64,000 bases of DNA, from contig NC_043004.1 in the NCBI RefSeq assembly GCF_006345805.1, positions 49,538,001 through 49,602,000 on the forward strand, in the 5' to 3' direction. Within the stretch, counting starts at the first letter, position 1. Every line of letters starts with the position of its first letter. The position numbers and the translations under genes were made by a program. The stretch is from Octopus sinensis. Lineage: Eukaryota. Below the pieces are notes generated by a model. That model ran no database searches. It had not been told where the DNA came from and saw only the letters and a list, made by a program, of their open reading frames with translations. Shown in pieces: positions 12,801 to 23,318 of the stretch.

Positions 12801-13761
12801 ATTCATTTTTATGGACACAAATTTTCTTTTCTGAGCCTCACTTACAATTTTTGTTAACAATACATGCTTTCTAGAATTTTTTTTTGTTTGACCCTTTTTT
12901 TCGGTTTCACTATACAATGTGAGCTTGTATGTCTGATTTATCCAAACTCAAAACATTTATGATTTTTAAAAGGACAATTACTACTAAAATGTAAACCTCC
13001 ACACCAATAGCATGGATTTGGTCTTGATATTTGTTTTTCCTTTTTCTTATCTGTTTCAGGTCGACACGCATGTATCTGAGAGCAATCTTTTTCTTCAGTT
13101 TTATTCGCATCATATCTTAAATTTATAATCCTCTGGCGTTCTTCAGTCACTGCTTGTAGAGTTAATTTTTGGTTCTGTTCTACTTTTGTTAATGTACGGG
13201 AACGTAGATCAGCATCTTTTGTTGCAGTTAACCCTTGAACAAAAGTTAGACATTTGAACAAGTCCAGGGTTAATTAATTTAATTTGAATTTTTCACACTC
13301 TCTGTTAACAACCCCAGCATAGGTGATAAAATCTTCATCTTTTTTAGCTAAATTTGAACACTGCCAATGAGTATTGAACAGGGAACTTCTTTCACTGAAA
13401 ATTCTCAATTACAATTTAATTGTTTCATTGAAACAAATCTCACCTAGTTTCTTTGGCAGAATATAATTACAGTATTTTCATGTTCAGCAAGGGATAACTT
13501 TCTTAAAAGTAGTTGCACCTTCTCGTCATTCCAATTTTTACAACTTTCTTTGAAAATTTCTTTGTATCATCAAAAATATGCAGAAAAAGTAGTACCTCCT
13601 TCTGGGTTATAAATAAATTCTCCAACTGAGCTTGCTATGCTATCTGACAAGAATGGACCTGAAGTATTTTCAGACTTCTTCAACATTACTTCCTGTAACT
13701 GTTGGTGGTGTTATAACTGCTGTTGTTGCAACTGCACCACACAAGCCAATAAATCTTCCAT
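9831..13761 (-). pseudogene. gag-pol pseudogene of the Gypsy element (many stops and frameshifts)
   Basis: ORF fragments: gag with CCHC-like knuckle CYWCGGLHFSSNC (12938..13261), protease (12687..12917), RT (11758..12325), RNase H (10965..11513), integrase (10201..10940). Confidence 0.92.
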
Positions 13762-13837
13762 GCTAATGATCTTTTATTTGATTTCGTACCAAAAAAATTT
13801 TGACACCCGACGCAAGCTTCAAATATCTTGTTGCCAC

Positions 13838-14045
13838 TTTCATACCCTTGGAAAATGTTGGATATATAATTTAACAATGCAGAGGTAAAATCAATGTGTT
13901 CACACAATGTACTTTGTGAGACTCCAAACACCCTCTCAATGACTCCTATTGACCTCTTGTCTCAACCAATATGCTACTATTTATAAGAGTTCAGCTAGTC
14001 CATTCTTCCAATCTTGTAGGGGTGTCAATAACTCTAACCACCACA
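13838..14045 (-). repeat. 5' LTR of the Gypsy element
   Basis: Begins TGTGG; followed by the PBS-like sequence; roughly 15% diverged from the 3' LTR by eye. Confidence 0.9.
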
Positions 14046-14050
14046 TTAAC

Positions 14051-14450
14051 CATACTATCACACCACTCTATGTTATCTTTTATTTGGTTGGTATCTTCCT
14101 TCATCAACAAATCTTTGGCTCAGTTGGTTTTCTTGAAGAAAACAAAAAAGTCTTTATCTCCTCCTCTTTTTCAACATACACATCAACTAGTAGTACTTCT
14201 CTTGTCGAGAGATCTTTCAGCTTCCATACATGCCTTCACCAGATTGTCTTAGGTCTCTGGGTCTGTTTTACTCTGATATCACTAATCATTAATCTGCATC
14301 AGTGATACATCCTCCACAGGGGAAAAGACTTGGTATTCAAAACCATCGATCAATCCTAATCCTTGGTGAGTATGAAACCTATCTGGATTGCATGTTCACT
14401 TGAAGTTAGTGCTGCAAACATCAGTTGCATCACACTTGATCCTACTTCAG
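14051..14450 (-). mobile_element. Old RTE LINE, upstream part, continuing 7490..9503 across the Gypsy insertion
   Basis: Remnant RPKTIW.RHVWKLKD matches RPTWRRRVWKLK; reading across the TSD restores MVDRVIK (cf. IVDRAIR). Confidence 0.7.
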
Positions 14451-14559
14451 TCAGTGTGCTATCACCACAAAGTTGATCTTGCTGAAATTTGGACTCAAAA
14501 TATAAAGAACTAGAAAAAATCTTGCTGAGCATTTGGCTTGATATGCTAACATTTCTAAT

Positions 14560-14770
14560 TTAGACACAAGGCCAGTAATTTTAAGAAGAAGCAGGAAAGT
14601 TGGCACAAGGCTAGCAATTTGATTACATTGATCCCCAGTGCTCAACTAGTACTTATTTTGTTGATCCCAAATGACTGTAAGGTAAAGTCAACCTTGGTGG
14701 CATTTGAACTCAGAATGTAAACAGCCAGAAAAAATACCAAGTATTTTTACCAATGCAATTCTGCCAGCTG
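14560..14770 (-). mobile_element. Decayed tRNA-head SINE
   Basis: Shares the atttgaactcagaa and caatgcaattctgccagc motifs with 55977..56205. Confidence 0.6.
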
Positions 14771-14771
14771 A

Positions 14772-14902
14772 TTGCAACAACAACAGCAACAACAACAACA
14801 GCATCGACAGGAACAGCAACAACAACAACAGCATCAACAGCAACAGCAACAACAACAACAGCATCAACAGCAACAGCATCAACAGCAACAGCAACAACAA
14901 CA
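14772..14902. repeat. Compound (CAA/CAG/CAT)n trinucleotide repeat with a ~30-bp higher-order unit
   Basis: Directly visible; abuts the splice donor at 14907. Confidence 0.95.
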
Positions 14903-14907
14903 CTTAC

Positions 14908-15090
14908 TTGATTCAGTTGCTTGGAATGTGGTTGTGCTTTCTGTTTTGAATTGAGAGATTGTTTTTGATAACTGGAAAAATGTTTCGAACTGACTGGAGA
15001 TACACTCTTGTGTATTGATTGACCTTCTCTTGTGACAGTTTTCTGTATCTTCTGTGGCACACTGACTTCTGACCTACTGCTAACAACAGA
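14908..15090 (-). CDS. SYCP2: SYCP2-like exon, 183 bp, phase 0->0 (SVVSSRSEVSVPQKIQK...HSKQLNQ)
   Basis: Acceptor tatgttctag, donor gtaagt; lies in ORF 14710..15060. Confidence 0.7.
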
Positions 15091-16305
15091 CTAGAACATA
15101 TTTCAGGGGTTTATTACAAAGTGAGCAAAGGATACATCTTAGTGTAAAAAAAACAGTATTCTACACATATAACTAATATATAACCCACAGAGGCCTTGTA
15201 AATGAACCAGGTACAAGATTTTCAGGGAATATATATATATTGGGAGAAGTAAACTGGTAGTCTCAACAATATACCCAGTTAAACAACAAATGACCCATGA
15301 ATGTCTCTAGCAGAGTTTACAAGCACTTGGATTAGGTTCTGACAGGAGTATCTTATGAACTCTTGATGTGTCAATTCCCATGGTTCTTTCTCAGGCATAA
15401 TTTGTTTGGTGGAAAACATTTCCCAAGAAGTTTGCTGGCAGATAGTGCAAGAAACAGGACTCATAGATAAAAGCCTGGCATATAATCCTCTGTTCTCTTC
15501 TTCCCTCAGTTCATGACTAGTCTCTCAGCAAGTACAAGATATTGATAAGTGCATCCAAAGCCACCAAAATAAAGGGGTCAAAGTAGTGGTTACCACCTCT
15601 TCTCTCAGTCCAAAAGTTATAAATATGAACAAATCTTGTTTTTACCTTAAAATATTTGTGGAATCTGGTCCAAGCTGCCCCTCCCATCACAAACATCCTG
15701 TTCCTCTTTGAAACACAAATCACTCAACTCCTTATCTACAACCTACTAGGTATCTGTACATATGTAGAGGTCACTCTCTCTGGCACTGACCAGTGTTGCA
15801 TTCAAACAGTATGAAGATGATACTTGAGTGCTTTTAGCAAGGTTGACTCCATTAAGACCAGGTCTTAAAGGAGTCAACCTTAATCTCTATCCTACAGATC
15901 CTGGAAAAACATCATGGGTACTAACCTTTTCTCCTTTGACTAAACCATCAAAAAAAAGAAAAAGTTTAGGTAACTCAGGTGTGCTAGGCTACCACCATTC
16001 TTAATATGCATGTGTTTAAATATTGAGAGGCATCTCAAATCTGTGAAATTGATTTGAAATCAGCAATACTCTTGAACTTTCTGGACTTCAAAAGTTATAT
16101 TTCTTTATGTTTCTGCTATAACACATCTCTGACTCTTCTATGAACTTCATTTAATGGAAATGTTGTGGTTTGGTAGACAGTTTTTACTGCATTACAATTG
16201 TGATATGAACATCACTCCGGTGTGTGTGTGTGTACACACACACAGTGTCATTGTTACCTTCATCAGTGGATAGTATCTCCCTCTGTATATGTGTATTATA
16301 TATTA

Positions 16306-17414
16306 CACAGAGTGCATCAGTTTTTTGAGGACACTTCTTTCAAGAATTCTAACTTACGTTTTTTGTACCTTACAGTTTTGGTAAATAATGCCAGACATCA
16401 GGCTGACACAGTGAATGAAAAGGTAAGCTGTAATCATTGCCTCAGAAGCACAGCATTGTGATACAGAGATAGCTTGCTTGATGAAAGTTCCCCAATTCTT
16501 CATTGTCAAAGTTTGAAAGGTGCTGGAAGCTGCTGATGGGGATCTAACATTAGCAGCTAAATGCAAAACACATGCACAAGGTCCTAATACTATTGTACAT
16601 TACTATGTACAAAAATTCCAAGAAATAATTGATAAAAAAAAATCTAGAAAGTCAATCAGAGCCATTGCAAAGGACCTCAAGGTTTCAGAAAGTATCATCA
16701 GAAAAATTGTGCTTCAGGACATCCAGTACAAGTTGTACTGCTAAACAAGTTGAAATACCAAGGTGCTGGAATACTCCTTGGTGTTTTTCTATGATGAGAG
16801 AAACGTCAGTCAGGAACAAAAGGTAAATGAAGGAATGACAGATGGTCATGCATTCTAAGTTCTCAGCAACTGTGATGGTTTTGGGAGTTGTCAGTAACGA
16901 GTGAGATGCTATACCACCTCACTTTCTTTAATAGGGCTTAAGAGTCAAGGCTTCTGTTTACAGAGAGGTGTTAGAAAACCCTGGATAGACGGAGTATGCA
17001 ACAGAAGACTGTATGTCTTCCAACAAGCTTCTGAACTGTCTCATAAGGTTAGGACAACCCAGGTGTGTATGCATGCTAATCTCCATGAACATATTCTCCC
17101 AGACCTCACTCCACATATGGAGTGTAAATGATAGAGAGGTCAATCACACCCAACCCCCAACACCATACAGTCTTTCAAGTTCACCAAAACCACCATTACG
17201 TCCAACATTTGATAAAGGTCATCTGCTTCAGGTATGTAAATATTTCTGGACCTGTATTGAAGCAGTCACTGATGCTAGCAATGGATTTATTGAATAGGTG
17301 TGATAAAAGTCTGCCCAAGATTATTTGTACCAATTTGTTTTCAATTACAGCTTTTCTTTGAAGAACTATACATTTTTTCTAAATTCATAGAAATGACCTC
17401 CAAAAGAACTTGTG
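16306..17414 (+). mobile_element. Decayed Tc1/mariner-superfamily element (maT/DD37D-like)
   Basis: Remnant QKFQEIIDK..KSIRAIAKDLKVSESIIRKIV..DIQYK HTH; TA|CACA...TGTG|TA ends with degenerate TIRs. Confidence 0.7.
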
Positions 17415-17795
17415 TATACACATGCACATGTGCACACACAAGCATAAATAGTGTCTTTGCAACTTACATCAGTTAACTCAGCTTCGTTCTCTGTGGTACA
17501 TTTAGTCCTAAAGAAAGGTTGGTGCTATTAATGTTTTGATGGTCTTTTGGGATGGAGTGCTACAAAATTACCACCATCATCATCATCACCACAACAGAAG
17601 CAGCTTATAATAATTCAATATATATCAGTTCATTTATTACTGATAGATGAGACTACACTCCAATTTTAATTTCTCATTTAAATCCCTTAGAAATGTGTGA
17701 ATATCTTAACTTCCATCCTTTGATCCACTGGTCCTGGGGTTTTATATTTCTATATTGCTAAATAAACATTGTTTCTTAAAATAAGAAACACTTAC

Positions 17796-17823
17796 CTCAT
17801 TATCATTCCTTCGATCTTCAGAG
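17796..17823 (-). CDS. SYCP2: SYCP2-like micro-exon, 28 bp, phase 2->0 (SEDRRNDNE)
   Basis: Perfect donor GAG|gtaagt, acceptor tattcataaag; bridges 27938 (phase 2) to 15090 (phase 0). Confidence 0.55.
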
Positions 17824-17939
17824 CTTTATGAATATAAAAGTAAAATACGTTTTTATGCAATAATAAACTAAAACAAATAATAATGATATAAATAATTTTG
17901 ATTTAATCAGAAGAAAAGACATTTTTATAGATAAATAAT

Positions 17940-19214
17940 TTCCTCCCAGTGAAATGGCTTTCATTACATTTTGGAATTTATTGCGTTTTTAAATTTTGGA
18001 ATCTATTTTTTTTTGAGAATTCTATTTTTGAATCATTTTGGAATCTATTTTGTTATTTTTTTTCCAGTTAATTTTTGTTTATTTTCAGATCATTAAAACG
18101 GAATGTCAAGTTAAGAAAAATGAGCATTTTTGACACCTCCTTCTTTTTGCTTTTAATCAAGATTCTAAGGCTGCAAAAGCTGCTCGCGACATTTGTACTG
18201 TGTGTGGAGAGGGTGCCATAACTGAAAGAACCGCTTGTGATTGGTATGCCAAGTTTGAAAATGGAAATTTTGACCCCAAAGACCCACCTCGTTCTGGCCG
18301 TCCAGTTGAATTCGATGAAGAGCGACTAAACAAACTTTTGCATGAAAATTCTCATCAAACGACAAGGGAACTGGTAGAGAAAATGGAATGCTCCCACACT
18401 GCTATAGAGAAGCATCTTCACTAGATGAGAAAGGTGCAGAAGTATAGAGCATGGGTTCCGTATGCTTTAAGTGACAACAACAAAAATCAACGAGCTACAA
18501 TCTCTGCTGGTTTGCTTGCTCGTCACCGCTCAACTCATGGACACAAGCAAATGATTTCTTTACCGAATTGTTACTGGCAATGAAAAATGGTGCCTGTACA
18601 TCAATATGAAGCAGTGTAAGGAATGGCTTAACTCTGGTAAACAAGCGACACTGCTCATGAAACAAGATCTTCATCCGCGTAAAACGATGTTGTGCGTATT
18701 GTGGGACTGGGAAGGGATTATCCATTACAAATTGCTTGAATGGAACCAAACGGTCAATGCGGAACTCTATGTTCAACAGATGGAAGGACTCAACACAGCT
18801 ATTCAAGAGAAAAGACCTAATCGTCAGCATGGAGTTCTTCTGCTGCACAACAACACCTGCCCTGATATTGCCAATATGACCAAGGAAGCCATTCAAACGC
18901 ATGGCTGGGAAGTGCTGCCATACCCGCCATACTCTCCTAAATGGCACCAAAAGATTTCCACCTCTTTCGATCTCTTTCAAATGCTATGCATGGAGTTTCG
19001 TTCAATACTGATGCAGAACTGAGAGGATCAATTTTCAAGTCGAAATCGGGTGATTTCTACCAACAAGATATTGAAAATCTTGTTGAATGTTGGGAAGAAG
19101 TTGTAAATAACAAGGGTGAATACATTATTGATTAATTAGTTCTTATTTTCTATTAAACCTTCTAAAAAATTTGAATTAAAAAAAAAACGGCAGGAACTTA
19201 GTTGCCAACATAAC
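17940..19214 (+). mobile_element. Mariner (Mos1-like) relic, right TIR present, left TIR not seen
   Basis: ORFs 18200..18424, 18606..19022 and 18941..19135 (GRPVEFD, HPRKTMLCVLWD, PYSP..APKDFHLF); TIR cggcaggaacttagttgccaac. Confidence 0.9.
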
Positions 19215-19582
19215 ATATATTTATGTAGGTAAATATGGGTAGCTGTGTGGATGTATAGCTATATATGGGTAAGAATGTGTATATATGTAAGACCGTGTCA
19301 TCATCATCATCATCGTCGTTTAACGTCCGTTCTCCATGCTAGCATGGGTTGGACGGTTCGACTGGGGTTCTGGGAAGCCAGAAGGCTGCACCAGGCTCCA
19401 GTCTAATTTGGCAATGTTTCTACAGCTGGATGCCCTTCCTAACGCCAACCACTCCGTGAGTGTAGTGGGTGCTTTTTACGTGCCACCTGCACAGGTGCCA
19501 GGCGGGGCTGGCAACGGCCACGGTCAGATTGGTGTATTTTATGTGCCACCGGCACGGAAGCCAGTCGAGGCGGTGCTGGCAT

Positions 19583-20030
19583 CGGCCACGAGTCGGATAG
19601 TGCTTTTTACGTACCACCAGACCAGGGATCCTGGCTGGTTCAATTCGATTTCGATTTCGCTTGCCCCAACATGTCTTCACAAGCAAAGGGGGTTGGCAAG
19701 GGTGCCTGTCGTACGGTCGCATTGGAGTATTTTACGTGCCACGGCCACGAGTCGGATAGTGCTTTTTACGTACCACCAGACCAGGGATCCTGGCTGGTTC
19801 AATTCGATTTCGATTTCGCTTGCCCCAACATGTCTTCACAAGCAAAGGGGGTTGGCATGGGTGCCTGTCGTACGGTCGCATTGGAGTATTTTACGTGCCA
19901 CGGCCCCGAGTCGGATAGTGCTTTTTACGTACCACCAGGCCAGGGATCCTGGCTGGTTCAATTCGGTTTCGATTTCGATTTCGCTTGCCCCAACATGTCT
20001 TCGCAAGCATGGGGGGTTGGGATGGGTGTC
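19583..20030. repeat. ~2.8 tandem copies of a 159-bp unit in the RTE 3'UTR
   Basis: Units start at 19583, 19742 and 19901 and are near-identical. Confidence 0.9.
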
Positions 20031-20119
20031 TGTCGTCGGATGAGGTTCTATATCGACTTCGCTTGCCTCAACCGGTCTTTGTGTCCAAGGGGGGAAAGGC
20101 ATTCATAAGTGGGCTGGGC

Positions 20120-22738
20120 TCACTTGTCCTGCCTGGTCTTCTCACGTACAGAATATTTCCAAAGGTCTCGGTCTCTGGTCATTTCCTCAGTGAGGCCTAA
20201 AGTTCGAAGGTCGTGCTTCACCACCTCATCCCAGGTTTTCCTGGGTCTACCTCTTCCACGGGTTCCCTCAACTGCTAGGGATTGGCACTTTCTCACACAC
20301 CTATCTTCATCCATTCTCGCCACATGACCATACCAGCGCAATCGTCTCTCTTGCACACCACAACTGATGCTTCTTAGGTACAACATTTCTCTCAAGGTGC
20401 TAACGCTCTGTCGAGTATGTACACTGACATTACACATCCATCGGAGCATACTGGCTTCATTCCTCACGAGCTTACGCATGTCCTCAGCAGTCACAGCCCA
20501 TGTTTCGCTGCCATGTAGCATGGCTGTTCGTACACACGCATCATACAGTCTGCCTTTTACTCTGAGCGAGAGGCCTTTAGTCACCAGCAGAGGTAAGAGC
20601 TCCCTAAACTTTGCCCAGGCTATTCTTATTCTAGCAGTTACACTTTCAGCGCACCCACCCCCACTACTGACTTGGTCACCTAGATAACGGAAGCTATCAA
20701 CTACTTCTAGTTTTTCCCCCTGGAAAGTGACGGAAGTTGTTTTCTGCAGATTTTCGGAGGTTAATGCTCCCGAGCATCTGCCACATACAAAAACTATCTT
20801 CCCAGTTAGCCTACCTTTGACATTGCTGCACCTCTTATGTGTCCATAGCTTACACTGGGTACATCTTATAGAGTTTCTACCTACACCTTTTCTACAGATC
20901 GAGCAGGGCCATCTTCCTGAAGATATTTGTGGATTGTCTACCTTTCTACTTATTAGTACTTTGGTTTTAGCTAGGTTGACTCTAAGGCCCCTTGATTCTA
21001 AACCCTCCTTCCACACCTGGAACTTCTCCTCCAGTTCTGATAGTGACTCAGCAATAAGAGCAAGGTCGTCAGCGTAGAGGAGCTCCCAGGGACAGCCTGT
21101 CTTGAATTCCTCCGTAATTGCCTGGAGTACTATGATAAATAGGAGGGGGCTGAGTACTGAACCCTGGTGGACCCCAACCTCTACTTTGAATTCTTCTGTG
21201 TACATGTTGCCAACCCTAACCTTACTTACGGCATCTCTGTACATGGCTTGCACAGTCCTCACCAGCCATTCATCTATCCCTAGTTTCCTCATTGACCACC
21301 AGATAAGGGATCGGGGGACCCTATCAAAAGCTTTCTCCATGTCAACGAAAGCCAGGTACAGGGGCTTATCTTTGGCTAGGTATTTCTCCTGCAGCTGCCT
21401 TACCAGGAATATAGCATCAGTGGTACTTTTTCCTGGCACGAACCCAAACTGCATCTCATCTAAACTAACTCTCTCTCTAATTAGTTGGGCTATGACCCTC
21501 TCCGTAACCTTCATTACTTGATCCAACAGCTTGATACCTCTGTAATTATTTGTATCTAGGGCATCACCTTTACCTTTGTAGCAGTTGACTAGTATGCTGC
21601 TGCACCAGTCATTGGGTATGACTCCTTCGTGTATCACCTGGTTGACTATACGGGTGACTAGGTTATAGCCGACACTGCCAGATATTTTGAGCATCTCTGC
21701 AGTAATTCCTGATGGGCCTGGGGCTTTCCCTGTCTTCATGCTTCTAATTGCCTTAGCTACCACGGAACTATCAACTCGGATAGCTGGTCCCTCTGTAGGG
21801 TCAACATTCGGCAGACTCTCTTTATCCCATTCATTTTCCTCATTCAGTAACCTTTCATAGTGGCGTCTCCAAGCTTCTCTCTTTGCATCCTCATTTAGCG
21901 CAAGTGAACCATCCTCCATGCGAACACATTTCTCTCCTACCACATCACGATTCTCTCTCACACACTGTCTTGCAACACGAAATACCTCAAGTCTTTCATC
22001 CTCACGGCGCAGGACATTGGCAAATTTTCTCTTATCTGCTTCCCCTCTGGCTAGATAGACCTGTCTCCTAGCTTCCCTTCTGGCAGTCTGATACCCTTCC
22101 CTGCTACCACCGTTCTTCCAGGCCTTCCAAGCCTGTTTCTTTTGTCTAATAGCCCTGTCAACAATATTGTTCCACCACCACGTTATTTTGGGTCTTAAGG
22201 GGACTTTGCACCAGCCACAGATCTGGTCAGCGGCTTTCAGCAGGTTGTCCCTCAGAAACGTCCAGTTGTCTTCTACCCCATGTGTAGCTATACCCCCTTC
22301 CACTTCGTCAAAGGCTTCAAGTAACATATCTCTAAATCTCTGTCCATTCGCAGGGGCTTTAAGCTTCCAGACCCTTCTTCTCCATGTTGGTCGTCTTCTA
22401 GTCGCCCTCTTAGTCCTGATCCTAAAGTCACTAACTACCAGTCTATGTTGTGGGGTGCATTCTTCGCCTGGGAAGGTTTTGGCATTTTTAAGCAGCCATC
22501 TTTCCCTTTTTCTGGCAAGGATGTAGTCGATTTGGCTAGTATGCTGGCCCGATCGGTAGGTGACCAGGTGGCTTGTTGGTTTCCTGAAGTTAGTGTTGCA
22601 GACCATAAGACTATTCGCATCGCAGAACTCCAGCAGCCTGGTTCCCTCCTCGTTGCGGGAACCATAACCGTAGCCTCCATGTACGCCATGGAAGCCCCCA
22701 GCATGTCGTCCAACATGCCCATTGAAATCACCAGCCAC
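20120..22738 (-). CDS. RTE ORF: partial AP endonuclease, reverse transcriptase and PHD finger (872 aa, N-truncated)
   Basis: GDFNGHVG, SQIDYIL, QFGFVPGKSTTDA, FVDMEKAFD, GVHQGSVLSP, LYADD; C4HC3 finger at ~20774-20905. Confidence 0.95.
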   Translation of the reverse strand: MAGDFNGHVGRHAGGFHGVHGGYGYGSRNEEGTRLLEFCDANSLMVCNTNFRKPTSHLVTYRSGQHTSQIDYILARKRERWLLKNAKTFPGEECTPQHRLVVSDFRIRTKRATRRRPTWRRRVWKLKAPANGQRFRDMLLEAFDEVEGGIATHGVEDNWTFLRDNLLKAADQICGWCKVPLRPKITWWWNNIVDRAIRQKKQAWKAWKNGGSREGYQTARREARRQVYLARGEADKRKFANVLRREDERLEVFRVARQCVRENRDVVGEKCVRMEDGSLALNEDAKREAWRRHYERLLNEENEWDKESLPNVDPTEGPAIRVDSSVVAKAIRSMKTGKAPGPSGITAEMLKISGSVGYNLVTRIVNQVIHEGVIPNDWCSSILVNCYKGKGDALDTNNYRGIKLLDQVMKVTERVIAQLIRERVSLDEMQFGFVPGKSTTDAIFLVRQLQEKYLAKDKPLYLAFVDMEKAFDRVPRSLIWWSMRKLGIDEWLVRTVQAMYRDAVSKVRVGNMYTEEFKVEVGVHQGSVLSPLLFIIVLQAITEEFKTGCPWELLYADDLALIAESLSELEEKFQVWKEGLESRGLRVNLAKTKVLISRKVDNPQISSGRWPCSICRKGVGRNSIRCTQCKLWTHKRCSNVKGRLTGKIVFVCGRCSGALTSENLQKTTSVTFQGEKLEVVDSFRYLGDQVSSGGGCAESVTARIRIAWAKFRELLPLLVTKGLSLRVKGRLYDACVRTAMLHGSETWAVTAEDMRKLVRNEASMLRWMCNVSVHTRQSVSTLREMLYLRSISCGVQERRLRWYGHVARMDEDRCVRKCQSLAVEGTRGRGRPRKTWDEVVKHDLRTLGLTEEMTRDRDLWKYSVREKTRQDK

Positions 22739-22879
22739 AAAGAGAAGGTCCCTGTCGTTCGTCGATGAGGTGGTCTGCAGTAGGGTGTCATTCGCAGAAA
22801 ATTCCCTACGTATTAACTTAAAACCTGTTGTTCAAAGATACCCTAAATTCCCTATGCATATATGTATGTGTATATGTGC

Positions 22880-22916
<37 letters not shown>

Positions 22917-23318
22917 CACACATATATGTATGTATGCAAAGTGATGTATATACATGTGAAAGTGTGTGTATATATATATGTATATGTATGTATTGTGTGT
23001 GTGTATATGTGTTTATATATCTATAATAATGTACACACACAGCTGCTACCCATAATGTGCATATAAAAGTAGATATAGAATATTTATTATGAATTATTGG
23101 TAGTTTGGTTCGATGCTTGTATTTGGGGCATTTCATTTATATTGATATTACTTTGATTTGAAGTGTGTATAGACTTTATATTTCTATGTTTACATAGAGT
23201 TGGTTTCACTTTTCGTTTTGTTTATATGTATCGATATGTATATATATGAGAATGAATGAATAATGTGATATATATGAAAATATATCATATTTATCTCATT
23301 TAAAATATATGTGTATAT

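Larger units (their letters stand above)
9509..14045 (-). mobile_element. Ty3/Gypsy (Mag-like) LTR retrotransposon, full-length but dead
   Basis: LTRs 9509..9715 and 13838..14045; PPT aaaggggaga next to the 3' LTR; PBS-like TGGCAACAAG (cf. Mag TGGCGACGAG) next to the 5' LTR; 5-bp TSD tcaac/ttaac; order gag-PR(LDTGS)-RT(YVDD)-RH-INT. Confidence 0.93.
19302..22784 (-). mobile_element. Young RTE-clade LINE, 5'-truncated within the endonuclease, with a long 3'UTR and (GAT)n tail
   Basis: Uninterrupted ORF; tail catcatcatcat; the 7-bp gtgtcat at 19295-19301 and 22785-22791 is a TSD or microhomology. Confidence 0.95.

Noticed and set aside
14704-14954. + strand poly-Q / poly-N ORFs and the - strand poly-L ORF
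   Set aside because: By-products of a stop-free trinucleotide repeat; no splice or domain support
19336-20108. 235-aa and 145-aa + strand ORFs with internal repeats
   Set aside because: They lie in the antisense RTE 3'UTR tandem repeat; no recognisable domain
20120-22738. Autonomous active LINE or domesticated RT gene
   Set aside because: 5'-truncated inside the endonuclease, with no promoter or natural start; best read as a recent dead-on-arrival copy
20367-22768. Many + strand ORFs of 60-140 aa
   Set aside because: Antisense shadows of the RTE ORF
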